In this document: piece by piece, positions 11,993-23,448 of the stretch
Numbering within the stretch: the stretch's first letter is position 1
Layout of the letters: the number at the start of each line of letters is the position of its first letter
Source of the DNA: Microbotryum violaceum
Taxonomy: Eukaryota
Assembly: GCA_001244265.2 (NCBI GenBank)
Contig: CDLV01000010.1
Span: 868,001-932,000, forward strand
Direction: 5' to 3'
Length of the DNA stretch: 64,000 nt
Notes under the pieces: model-generated
Seen by the model: the letters and a program-made list of their open reading frames with translations, nothing else
Told to the model about the DNA's origin: nothing
Databases searched by the model: none
Translations under genes and position numbers: made by a program

Positions 11993-13660
11993 ATGTCGTC
12001 GTGGTTCGTTTCGGCAGCGCCTACGGGCCCCAACTTTGCGGGGGTGCACCGCAACTTTGCGCAGGAGGCGTTCTACGGCCCTCTGGTGCAGGAGGACACG
12101 GAATGGCTCTGCGCCGGCGGCTTCGTCACCGAGACGCAGACCTTCTACGCCACCACCGAGCAGGGGGAGCTGATCATGTGCCAGGTCATTCATTCGAGTG
12201 TCGGGTGAGTTGCTACGTCGTGGGTTCTGGTTCGCACCGGTGCTCGAGTGCTTCTGCGATCGACCTCGGGCTTGTGTGCGCTCCGTCCGAATCTGGCGCT
12301 CTCGTCGCGCGGCGCGATCTCGATTCGCGGGCAGATGAGCGCTGAGCAGCAGAGCAGCAACAGCAGGTGACGCGCCTCGCTCCACGCTCCGTCTCGGCGC
12401 TCGGCCGGTCTGCTCAGGCGCATGGCGATCCAGCACCGGCATACACCGCAGATCGGAAGGGAGCTCTATCGTGACAATTTGACCCGATGACTAATTCCGG
12501 TCCTTTCGTCTCCTCAGCGTGTGGTACCCTTCGATCCAGTTCACGTTCCGCTACGTCAACCCGACCACGTCCAAGCACGTGTGGAAGTCGACCGCGGTCA
12601 CCAACTTCACCGTCGGCGGCGCCAAGCTTGACAAGCGCTCGTCCAAGTCGGATCAGTTCACCATCACCGTCGACCCGAGCAAGCCGAACCTGTACACGAT
12701 CCAGGGCAAGTACGACGATGAGACGCAAATCTCGTTGACGTACGAGGCCTTGACGCCCGGCTGGAAGCTCGGCGCCGGTCCTCGAGGTGGGATGAGTTAC
12801 TTTGGCCAACTCAAACCGGCGACGACCCAACCGGGGACACAACCCGACCTTTCGGGTGGTGCGGATGGGTACTGCGTGCATCGCTTTTGGCCCCGTTGCG
12901 CGATCAAGGGCATCCTCCGCCTCGGCACGGACGTCATTCAGATCGAGGACGCTCGAGGGACCTTCATCCATGCAATCCAGGGCATGCGCCCCAACGTCCT
13001 CGCTTCCGCATGGAACTTTGCCAACTTCCAATCCCCCGCTTCGGGAGGGGAGGGTGTCGCGTTGACGATGATGGAGTTCACGTCCTGCCCAGCTTACGGT
13101 CCCCAGAAGGTCAACATTGGCTCGATCGTGGTTGGGGATAAACTCGTTGCCGTCGTAGCGGGTGGGGACGGGATCCAGGGTGGTTCGGTCGCGTTGCACT
13201 ACGAGGCCGTCAATGATGTGGAGACCGGTTACGATGCCCCTGGAGCGATCAAGTACACCTGGGAAGGGTTGACCCTTTCGGGCGAGGACGACAACTTGAA
13301 GCCTTCTGCTTCGAGCAACGACATCTCCTCTGCCGAGATTGACCAAAAATTGCTCACCTCCAAACCGGGAGAACCCTACGCGACGCAAGGTTTGGTCGAG
13401 AAGGTCGATGTTTTGGGTCAGATCCCTTACTTGCTCAAGAAGTTCGTCAACTACGCCGCAGGGACCAAACCTTACATCTACACATGGTTGAATCCGGTCG
13501 ATGCCAAGGTCGTCACACCTGGACAAGGGGCCAAGACGGTCAAAGGGGTAAGTTTACTCTGCCAGCGTGATCATTAGTGGTGTCATGGTCTCCAGTCAAC
13601 TGATTGCTCGTCCATGCTCGCCCACAGACGCTGTTCAGCGAAGCGACTTTTGTCTCATGA
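11993..13660 (+). CDS. SVF1: Survival factor 1 (Svf1), 3 exons: 11993-12204, 12518-13547, 13628-13660
   Basis: ETQTFY, CQVIHSSVG|VWYPSIQFTF, HRFWPRC, FIHAIQGMRPN..ASAWNFANFQ, GLVEKVDVL..IPY..AGTKPYIYTW, and a last exon TLFSEATFVS*. Confidence 0.93.
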
Positions 13661-13959
13661 TTGTCGCCGGACGTCTCAGTTTTCAGCTATTTCAACAGGC
13701 GTCTACCTCTTTAATTTTTTTTATGCACTCTATACAAACACACACCTCGCTGTTCCATCTTGGGGGAGGGCTTCGATCCTCTTTGGCCGATTTTTCGTTT
13801 TCTCTCCCCCTTTCAGCCCTCAACGTATCCCTGCTGCCCCGAATTCGAGAAATAAACAATCGCAGTATCTCACCAAGAATACAACAAGTATCGTAGACAC
13901 AAATCCATCCGCAACGCTCAGCCCACGGCATGGGTCACCTCCCCGCCCCCCGCCCGCCC

Positions 13960-14833
13960 TCATCTCCAACTCACCTTCCCGTCCTGCCACTTCTGCAAGC
14001 CTATAGCCCTCCGATGATACACCTCCCTCACAGCTCTATACTGTTGTACAAAGACCTGATCATCGATCTGCCCGTCCAAGAAGGCGTTGACGAGTGCTTC
14101 GGAGGTGTATTCCTGCGCGTGGGTCGCACGGGATAGACGGGCTTGTTGGGTCGCGGGGAGGAAGCGCTGTGGATAGGGTCAAGAGCGAGTCACTTTCCGT
14201 TCAAAGGGGTCTCTTTGGGGGGATATTGATGCTCGCGAGCGTACCTGATAATGATCCGCCTGGGCTCGATCCAACAACTGCCATCGATCTTTGAGCTCAT
14301 TCGCGGACTGGAAGTGATGCATCGTCTGGTTACGCAATTCTTGCAGTCGTGGTCGGAGCGCCTCGTTCTTTTCTGTCACCACACAAAAGACACTGGACCG
14401 TCAACACGCTTGCGAGGAAGCCGTCGAGGATAATTGGACCACCCACGAGCGATCTCGAGGTTCTCTTGCAGTGCTTGTTCGAGCGAACGATGCAGTTGGA
14501 GCGCTTGGGGGGTCGTGTTGAAGTAGGCGTCGAAGAGGTGTGGGTCTTGGAGCAGTTCCTTCACTTGCTCCAAACTGGTGGAGGGGGGAAAGGGAGGTAG
14601 TACGGCGCAGGTTCACATAGGAGCATGTGATGATAGTTGACCTACGACAATGTGGCCAGAGCAGGGTAACTGGCCGTGAGCGCATCGAGGATCGCATCCG
14701 GGGGTAAGCTCGACGCGGGCGATGACGTGGTCGAAGTGGGGGTCACGCCTGAGCTGGAGGAGAACACGTTCGCAGCAGGCGCCGTTAGGGAGGAGCACGC
14801 CGTAGGATCGACTAGAGGTGGCGGTGGATCCAT
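13960..14833 (-). CDS. VPS37: ESCRT-I subunit Vps37/Srn2 (Mod(r) domain), about 4 exons
   Basis: YPALATLS..QVKELLQDPHLFDAYF, coiled coil KNEALRPRLQELR, and SEALVNAFLDGQIDDQVFVQQYRAVREVYHRRA...KVSWR*. Confidence 0.85.
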
Positions 14834-15010
14834 GTTGCGCGTCGGAACCAGGGTCGGCGTATGTGGTCTGGGTGCGGAGCAGTGCAAGAGGAAGAAGGAG
14901 GAAGAAGCAGGCCCGGCCGCCGCGCCTTCGCGGCTCTCGTCCTTCGTGGCTCACCTTCTTGCCTCTTCTTGTGTTCTTCCTGTGCTCCTCGCCTCGTCTC
15001 GGCACCCCGG

Positions 15011-17065
15011 ATGCCAGGTCCATCCCCAGTCGAACTCCTCGCCTCCGTCAATCAGCTCGTTCTCGCCCTACAACGCACCTACCTCCCCCGTGCCAGCGTG
15101 TGCACCACCCCACCCGGCTCCCGGCGTCGACAGCGACTCGATCATCTGTCTCGATTGTTGATCCGCTTACAACGACTGACGACGAGGGAGAGACAAGATG
15201 CTTCGGATTGGATCTCGCTCAACACGCTACTGCAGCACGTCGATCAAGATTTTCTCGACGGCTTGAGTGGAGGCATTGGTTCAAGTTCGGGCAAAGAAGC
15301 GCACGATGACGGGGACGACCAATCCGGTTCCCTTCCCAAGCGGTTGGAGGGTACGACCCTCGCTATGCGCAACAAGTTGCGTCAAGTGATACAAGGTATT
15401 CAAGCATACCTTCAAAGCACTTCGGTCTCCACTCGCAAACGTCGACGACCTCGAGACGGCTTCATCTCCGATCACGAGCTCGAGCACCCTGCGACGGGAA
15501 CGACCCCTGATCCCCTCACCCTTCGAGAAAAACTCGATCAAGCATACGCTCTCCACCTCGCCGTTCACGATCCCCTAAAACTAGAGCAACATCGCAGGAT
15601 TGGACCTCTCCCACCAGCCCCAGCCGATGCAGAAGGGTCTCAAGAGGAAGGAGCCACCGTACCCTCCCTCTCCACAGCGTCTCAAATCCTCTCTCGTCTT
15701 CCCCCACACTGGACCGAGACGACCCTCTCTTCACTCCGTTCGTCGGAACCCGAAGTAACGCTCGACGGACTCAAAGCCCTCCTGTGGAAACATGCCGATT
15801 CCTTGATCCCATCCCGTTTAGGACACGGGAACCTCAAGCCTTTGTTACGAGATACTCTCCTTGCTCCTACATCTCGGCCCTTGAGCTACGCGACGTTCAA
15901 GACCAAGATTCTGCACCCCTTATTCGAGCTCCTGGGACGACTGTGCTCCCCCGCTCGAGATGATCAAGCCAGAACACTGATGGAACGACTCGACAAGTCC
16001 AAACAGGTTGAGCATGTCGTCGCCTTGACGTTGGACGCTCTGGTCCTAATCGATCAAATGCACCTGGATCTACGTTTCGCTCGAAAGCTCGCCAAACGCC
16101 ATCTGGGGAGTGAGCAGCTCGATAGGTTGGAGATGGAGAAGAAGGCGATCGAGAGCGAACGAAGGGTGGTATGGCAGATTCTGAAGAACAAGGAATGGGG
16201 CACCACTGTGCTGCCAGAGACTGGGCGATGGATTCGCGAACGAGGAGGGGCGGAAGCCGGTTCGACGATGGAGAAGGGATTTCGGAAGGCGCTCCTCGAA
16301 GCGGTGTTTGATACAAGGGCTGTGGAATGCGTCGATATCAATTCTACCACCTCCACCTCGACCACGACGGAGGGAGGTTCCTCGCATCGACTCCCATTAA
16401 CGCTCCTCGTCCCAGCATCGAGGATCTTCACCCTCCAAAACCACCTCCAAGCGCTCGTCATCGTCGCTTGTTTGAACTCTGTCGTTAGCTCCAACGTCGC
16501 GTTGGGGTCTACAAGCCAGGAGAGATCGAATATGACGAGGAGATTATGGACGTTGTTGCAAGGGATCGTCGCTTCTGATTCGGAATCGAATGGAAAGGGG
16601 GAGGGGGAGATCAAGTTGGTTAATCTAGTTGATGAGGTGATGCAGCTTCATCGTGGGAAACCCGCATGGGAGAAGGTGACGAAAGAAGAGAACATGGAAG
16701 AAGGTTTAAAGCGTCGAGTGGAGAGTGTGTTGAGGTATGAGGACCCGGTTTTTAAGCTATTTTCGAGGAGGCTGAAAGAGGGGGTTGAGAGGGAGTTGGA
16801 CCGAACATCGTCGACGAAGTTGGGTGAGGATCGGAACGTCCCGAGGGAGTTGAAGACGGGTCGACAACTCCTCTCTTCTTCATCGACTCCTTCGACTCCT
16901 TCAACCCCCAAACCCGAGGCCGGCGTCGTCTCAATCAAAGGCTTCGAGGATCTCCAGGAACCCCTTGGGCAAGTCCTCGTTCAACTCCAAGCAATCTTAG
17001 ACTGGGCCCAGAAAGTCTGGGGGGAAGAATTAGGTTGGACCCGTTCTGAGGTGTCCCAAATCTAG
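15011..17065 (+). CDS. T-complex protein 11 (TCP11/Sok1-like) protein, single exon, 684 aa
   Basis: Long uninterrupted ORF from the ATG at 15011 with LLGRLCSPARD, LPLTLL...RIFTLQNHLQALVIVACL and VESVLRYEDPVFKLFSRRL. Confidence 0.75.
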   Translation: MPGPSPVELLASVNQLVLALQRTYLPRASVCTTPPGSRRRQRLDHLSRLLIRLQRLTTRERQDASDWISLNTLLQHVDQDFLDGLSGGIGSSSGKEAHDDGDDQSGSLPKRLEGTTLAMRNKLRQVIQGIQAYLQSTSVSTRKRRRPRDGFISDHELEHPATGTTPDPLTLREKLDQAYALHLAVHDPLKLEQHRRIGPLPPAPADAEGSQEEGATVPSLSTASQILSRLPPHWTETTLSSLRSSEPEVTLDGLKALLWKHADSLIPSRLGHGNLKPLLRDTLLAPTSRPLSYATFKTKILHPLFELLGRLCSPARDDQARTLMERLDKSKQVEHVVALTLDALVLIDQMHLDLRFARKLAKRHLGSEQLDRLEMEKKAIESERRVVWQILKNKEWGTTVLPETGRWIRERGGAEAGSTMEKGFRKALLEAVFDTRAVECVDINSTTSTSTTTEGGSSHRLPLTLLVPASRIFTLQNHLQALVIVACLNSVVSSNVALGSTSQERSNMTRRLWTLLQGIVASDSESNGKGEGEIKLVNLVDEVMQLHRGKPAWEKVTKEENMEEGLKRRVESVLRYEDPVFKLFSRRLKEGVERELDRTSSTKLGEDRNVPRELKTGRQLLSSSSTPSTPSTPKPEAGVVSIKGFEDLQEPLGQVLVQLQAILDWAQKVWGEELGWTRSEVSQI

Positions 17066-17151
17066 CATTTATTCGTACAAAGGGCAAGCCTGGGAATTCG
17101 CTATTGTTGTTATCATATTTAAGCTTCGAACAAGAACGACCATCAAATCAC

Positions 17152-19549
17152 TCATGTCCTACCCGTCGCGTCTTCTCCTCCTCCCTCCTCCTCCATCATC
17201 TTCGTATCCTTTTGGTGCACCTGTACCTCTCCAGTCTGCCCACCCCCACCCACCTTCTTCGGACTCCCCATCCCCATCCCACCCAAGCCAGGACTAATCG
17301 GACTCCGACCTCCCCCCTCACTCAAATCAAAACTAATTCCCCGGCGATGCGCGCTCTTCCCCGAGCCCGAACCCGTCGTCTGGACCGAAACTTCTCTCGT
17401 CCTACTCCCGGCACTAGGCCAATTCCTTCCGATGGAAGACTTGGGCGTCCCTCCACTATCGAATTTGGCGAAAGGGTCCTGTTCTCCACCGACCGAATTG
17501 GCGGTGTTGATCCCGCTCCAAGGACTGGGTGGTGTAGCATACCCTTCCCCAGCTCGTCCGGCAGAGTTCCCACCATGGAGTGACAGAATCGTCGAATTGA
17601 AGTCCCACGAAAGGGACGAATCATGCCTCGTTCCCGTGATGACGCTCAATCTTCGTCGATTCTGTCTTCGTTCCAAGGGTGGCAAGTCCGCCAAGATCGT
17701 GGTAACGAGATGCGACTTCTTCTTGGCTTGGGATTTGATGAAGGGGTGCGAAAGCAGTTGGTGCGCGGTGGGTCTGTGAGAAATGGGGTCCCCAAGGCGA
17801 CGAGTCAGGGTGAGATCATGGTGACTTCGGCACTTTGAGAAACGCCGCCAACCCCACCAACCTCACCTTTTGTTGGGATCTTTATTGAGACAGGATTGAA
17901 TCAGGTCCCTGAAGTGCTTCGAGTAGGACCCTTCCAACGTCGGTGGAGCGTCGATGACGGTCTTGGATAGGACTTTGGCGGGGGGGTAGAGCGAGTTCGG
18001 AGCTCGACCGTGGGCTAGTTCGAGGGCCGTGATGCCCAGTGACCAGATGTCGGCTGCGAGTAGGAAGGCGTATCAGCCAATGCAAATTTATAGACCAGCA
18101 AAAATGCGCTTACCCTTGGAATCATAAGCCTTCCTCTCCACGACCTCCGGCGCCATCCAACACGGTGTCCCGACAAAACTCTTCCTCGTCGAAAACATGT
18201 TGGCCTCACTCTCCTCCTTGGTAGTCGTGCCCGACGAACTCTCATGGAACAAACTCGAACTAACTCCAAAATCCGCCAAAAGTACAGTCCCATCATCATC
18301 GACGAGCAGGTTCGCCGCCTTGACATCGCGGTGAAGCCAGCCGTTTTGGTGAAGGTAGACGAGGCCTTCGAGGGTTTGTTTGAGCACGGTCGCGATCACG
18401 GTTTCGTCGAAGCCGTCGGGGTGGGCGTAGCGGCTAATGTCGAGCAAAGATCCGGGCGACATGTACCGACAAGCGATGTACAGCTTGCTGCCTGTATTCG
18501 ATCCGAGTCCCGAGACCAAACATCAATCATTTGCCCCTAACAGACACGATCCGTAAGGCTTGGGGGTACGTACCTCCTATCCATTCGCCACGTACGCGCA
18601 ACACGTTCGGATGCTTTGATAGAGCCATGAGTTGAGTTTCTCTGTCATTCGAGACGGTTGGAGCTGTTAGCTCAAAGCAGAACCGAGCAAGAAGCAACCT
18701 TGACCCAGAAAAAGGAGGTTCAGGGGGCTTTTGAACCAGGTGGGGTAAACTGACCTCCTTAATCGATCTATATCGCCGACGCTCGACAGCTTGTCGACGT
18801 CGATGATCTTGACGGCGCACGGGATGGGTGTCGGTCTCGATGCGTCGCCATTGAGCTCGACGGGACAATACGTCGCCAAATGAACGATCGCCGACGACCC
18901 AAAACCTATCGTCGACAGCAAGCGAGGGAGAGGGGAGTTTGAAGAGTTTGTCAGCTAATCGGCGCGTTCGAAGGAAGAACTTGGAATCCGTGTCATAGCG
19001 ACTAGGGGCTCTTACCTATCGGTTGTCCTATATCATAATCTTCTGGTCGGCAACTATCGATGTCTTCCAGATTGTCAATTCCTATTCAGCTCGGACGGAC
19101 GCCGAAAGAATATGATCTGACCTGTACAACGGCCAATCGTCCTTGACTGCTCCGAGGATGACATTGGGGATGCTCATCGAGCTTTGTGTGAGGTGCGAAT
19201 CGGATGACTTTGCTTTCCCTTTGCCCTTGACCGAACTGGCGCGACTGAGCAGGGACGACGTTGACGAGAAGGACGAGAAGGACGAGGCTGCGCCAGTGGA
19301 GACGTTGACGTTCGCCGCCGTGGTGGAGACGCTCGGGATCATCGTGAGCGGGGTCGAGTAGAAGCTGGAGGGCGACGAGGACGATGGTGACGACGAGGTC
19401 TTGTTGGCCATGTTCTGTAGACTTGCTTTAGCGCTCGAGGTGGAGCGGGACAGCCACGACGCTCGCTTGCCGGACTTGGACCCCCTAGCAGCAGCAGCGG
19501 CGGCGAGGTCGGCGGGGACGGGCGGTGACAATTGCGATGCGGTGGCCAT
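17152..19549 (-). CDS. STE20-family Ser/Thr kinase, OSR1/SPAK (FRAY)-like, multi-exon
   Basis: [75 protein letters not shown]; Ser-rich N-terminal extension. Confidence 0.92.
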
Positions 19550-19645
19550 CGTGGATGCAGTGCAGCCAAATGCCACAAGTAGAGGGGTACAGATTCCACA
19601 GGCTGCAATTCGAAAGCCACCCCAGCTTGCGACGAGCCACGACAC

Positions 19646-19667
19646 GACTCGACTCGACTCGACTCGA
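19646..19667. repeat. (GACTC)n pentanucleotide microsatellite in the kinase/PTPA divergent promoter
   Basis: gactcgactcgactcgactcga read directly. Confidence 0.8.
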
Positions 19668-20067
19668 CCCGGAAACGCGAGAATGAAACCTGCAGCGAGG
19701 CCGAGGCAGCGGCGGCGGTCCGTGTGGGGTAAACACGTGTAGCGCTCGCGCTATGACCTCGTGAACTCTGGCTGTTGGCGGGCTCTCCCGTGCGACGTGA
19801 TGTAACACGCGTGAAGGGACCGTGCTGCGCTGCCCCTGTCAACCTCAAGCTCGCTCCTTCTCTTCAGGTGACTCAATGCATTCTCGAGGATAGGAACCAG
19901 GTACCACCTCTACTAGGGCCCCGCACCGCGACCCCGAAACCGCACGTGGTCTTGCTCGAGCACCCCCCCGGGCAGCCCCCGGCGCTCCTCCACATCCGCA
20001 TTCACGGCCTCAGTGCATTGACAGCCAGCGTCGTTGTTGAGTCACATTTGTATAGAAACGATTCAAC

Positions 20068-21657
20068 ATGTCCAACATGTCCACTTCAAGTCCAGAACGC
20101 TCGACCCTCCCCGCTCTCGAGCTTATCACGGACCTCAGCTTCTCGAACGGGTCCTCGGTCGCCCCTTCCCGCAAGATCTTCACCGAAGTCGACATGCCAC
20201 GCTGGACTCGCTCCTCAGCTTACCACAACATTGAGGCTCTCATACTCCGGCTGACCGCAGCCGTGCAGAACACCAAGATCGACTCGCCTCGACGGATCAG
20301 TCAGGTCAGTCCGAGTCCACGAAACGAACGGGTTCCTGTTCTCATGGGTCGCACCAACTGACCCAATTTCGAGCTCTATACAGCCAATCGCATCTATTGT
20401 CGAGTTCCTGAACCGATCGGGGTCATGGATTGATGAGATTCCACTCGAAAAGTCGCCGCAGCGGTTCGGCAATCAGGCTTTTCGCAAGTGGCTGGCCAAG
20501 CTCAAAGAGGTGAGCCCCATCCACACTACGATCGTAAATTACCTTAGCTGAACAATCTGTACATCGAGCAGAACGAGCCGACACTCTCCAGATCGCTTCT
20601 TTCGGATGCTCAAATGCCCGTTCTCGCCGAATTATCCTACCACTTTCTCTCTTCGTTCGGATCTGGCCAACGCCTCGACTATGGCACAGGTCACGAGCTC
20701 TCGTTCCTCTCCTACATCCTCATCCTTCGACTGATTGGCGTCTTGAGCGAAGATGACGAACCGAGCATCGTCCTCGATCTGTTCGTCGCTTATCTCGGCG
20801 TCGCGAGGAAACTGCAAAAAGTGTACCGGTTGGAACCGGCGGGCAGTAAAGGCGTGTGGGGTTTGGATGACCATCAGCATCTCAATTACCTCTGGGGGGC
20901 TTCACAACTGCAAGGCGGGTACTGCGTTGAACAAAGTATCTGCTCAAGAGACATTTGCTGACTACAGGTCCAACGCGAACACACAGCCCACCCAACGCTT
21001 CGACCCTCCTCGATCCTCACTCCCTCCACGATCGAACCCGAAGCCCCTTCCTACCTCTTCCTCTCCTCGATCCTGCACGTGAACCAACTCAAACGCGGAC
21101 CGTTCTCCGAACACTCGCCCATGCTCCACACCATCGCTTCGACCGTCCCCAACTGGGGCAAAGTCGTGCAGGGTTTGCTCAAGATGTACAAGGTCGAGGT
21201 GATGGGTAAGGTGCCGGTGGTGCAGCATGTTAGATTTGGGAGGGTGTTGAGTTGGACGGATTGGGAGACGGGAGTAGTGCTTGAGAGCAGTCGGAGTGAA
21301 GAGGAGGGAGTCGACGGGGAAGGGGAGGAAGGAGAGGCGGAAGGGGAGGAAAAGGACCAAGGGACCAAAGCACCTTGGCTTTTGGCCTCTGCGTCGAGCG
21401 GGGACAAGGTTACTTTGATCCCTCCCCCGCCTACACATACGACCTCACGAGCCTCGTTGGGGTTCTCGAGACAACAACCCATGTCGTATACCCAGGCTCC
21501 GAGATCATTTACTCCCCCAGCTTTGTTTCCGACGAGGAGGGAGCCTAGTTCGAGTCTGGGGAGAGGCAGGGACGACCGGACGACGGTTGCGCAGGAGGGT
21601 GGGGCGGCGGCGTCGACGTCCCCATTTGGTGTTTTGCCGAGTGTTACCCGGAGATGA
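20068..21657 (+). CDS. PP2A phosphotyrosyl phosphatase activator (PTPA, Rrd1/Rrd2 family), multi-exon
   Basis: SPQRFGNQAFRKW, SFGSGQRLDYGTGHELSF, YRLEPAGSKGVWGLDD, KRGPFSEHSPML, GLLKMYKVEVMGKVPVVQH. Confidence 0.95.
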
Positions 21658-21798
21658 ACCGATTCATAACAAGCACACGCACTGTTGTACCACCAAGCTC
21701 AAGTCAAGGTTGAGGACATTGGGGCTTTCTCGCTACGACAGAGCAGTCTGGAATGCATCAAGTTGAGTTAGCTACATCAACCTTGAGAGCTTGTGAAG

Positions 21799-22634
21799 AT
21801 GGACTTCGAGAAGGCGTATGTTCTTTCCACCGTAGCTTCATGCAGTCCTCCGCGCCATTGACCTGAGACCCAAAAGCCGCCAACGGTACTGAGCGACTTA
21901 CACCAACCAGTTGGCTCTCTGCCGCTTTCGACGTCCTGTCGGGCGTTTAGCACGGCAAACCTCTTGCTCCCTCTCTCTTCGTGTTGGCGGTAGAGGCTCC
22001 TGCCTCTCAGATCCGGTCAAAAGTCAAAGACATCGAAATTCCAGGCCTGCAAACGATTCGGAATTCCTCTCTGCCCACGGTGCTTGCAGCGCGCTCCGCG
22101 ACCTCTCGGAACTCGAACACCTCAATCGGGCGATCGGGCTATACGAACGGGCAAGCTCCAGCCAACTCAGCAACGCCAAATCGTTGCTGCACCCTCTCGG
22201 ATCTTTCAGGAACCATCCGATTGCCTCACACATCAATACTTGGCGTCTTAGAGACTCGCAATTCCGCTACCTTGGTATTCAGGCCGGGGCGGACATTGCC
22301 GAGGCTGCGGGTTGAGAGGAGGTCAAGTCTCCGACCACCGCTCGCTCCAAACCGATCTTCGACCTCCTCTGCGCAGTCAAGTCCTCGATGGTCAACATCG
22401 ATCGCTACAAAATCGATTCTCTACTACAGCCGTTTTCTCGTGGCTACCAAGAGCGTCGTCAAGGCGATCGAAAATGCCGCCATTCTCGCTATTCACGGCC
22501 GAGTCAAGGACGGCACTCGGAGACCCCCAAAGATCTCTCGGTCGCGCCGTTGCACGTCTCTCGACAACGGTGATTTCGGTTTGATTGCTCTGCCTCGGCG
22601 CCTCGCGATTGATCATGCCAAGTGGGTCTTCTAA
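21799..22634 (+). pseudogene. Orphan two-exon gene model interrupted by one in-frame TAG (21948-21950)
   Basis: ATG at 21799, GC|GTATGT donor and ACCAG acceptor at 21910 join in frame to the 217-aa ORF 21981-22634, apart from a single TAG. No family recognised. Confidence 0.3.
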
Positions 22635-22872
22635 ATACTCTTCGATATTCGCATTTGTCTCCAAGCGGCAAGCCAGCGCCACCCCTTTACCCCGAGACCA
22701 TGAAGGTCGAGCTACAGACCGAGTACGGCTGCTGTCGACTTTCTCAGTGATGCAAGATTTTGGAGTGGTTTAGGTGGTATTGAATGTAATAGGGCTCGGG
22801 GGCGCTCTGGGTTCCACCTCCCTGCGTAATACAAGGTTGTTGCGAGCTCCGCTCGCACCTCCCAGACCGCCT

Positions 22873-22914
22873 TGAGAAGAAAAAAGGAAAGGAAAAAAGA
22901 AGAAGAAAAAAAAA
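22873..22914. repeat. Polypurine A/G-rich low-complexity tract
   Basis: gagaagaaaaaaggaaaggaaaaaagaagaagaaaaaaaaa. Confidence 0.7.
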
Positions 22915-23448
22915 CGCTTGGGAATCGATGTATGTTTTGTGCTGCGATCTATTGAGTAGAATGGTAGATGTATAGATAAATGGTGTAGATAGGCTGATAG
23001 ATTGCAAGCGTGTTGATTTGCATGCCACTTCTTCTACAGACGTCAGGGCGGGCTCGGGCGGCTGCGCAATCGACGCCGACTTTCACGCGACGTATTATTG
23101 ACATCGCGACACCGGTTCTATAGTCTCCAGAATCAGACGAGGGTCGAGAAGCTGGAAAGACTCCCGCGCGATACTTCTTACCGCCCCCTCCCACTCTCAT
23201 CGATTTCTGACGACACTCTTTCAAGCGGTTGAAACCCTCGGCCCTATGCCCCGACCGGTCGCAAGGTCACCGCGCAAGAGTGGGCCGTTCTGCTGAAATT
23301 ATGTATACTAGTGTTCAGTTCTCCTGCAAATTTGAGGTTCATTAACCCGTGAATTTGTTGGTTTGCCACTGGTCTATCAGACAAACACAGAAACCTACCA
23401 AACGCCGGTCGTCACTGACTCGTCAGTCTAGGTCAGCCTGCCACTAGC

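Noticed and set aside
12414..13526. Long antisense or alternate-frame ORFs (also 59601-60254, 62598-63953 and others)
   Set aside because: Shadow ORFs of GC3-rich conserved genes (SVF1, NOP7, SPT5).
17152..19549. STE20-family kinase as a marker of a mating-type locus
   Set aside because: It is FRAY/OSR1-like with no CRIB domain, not the PAK-type Ste20. No pheromone, STE3 receptor or homeodomain genes were seen.
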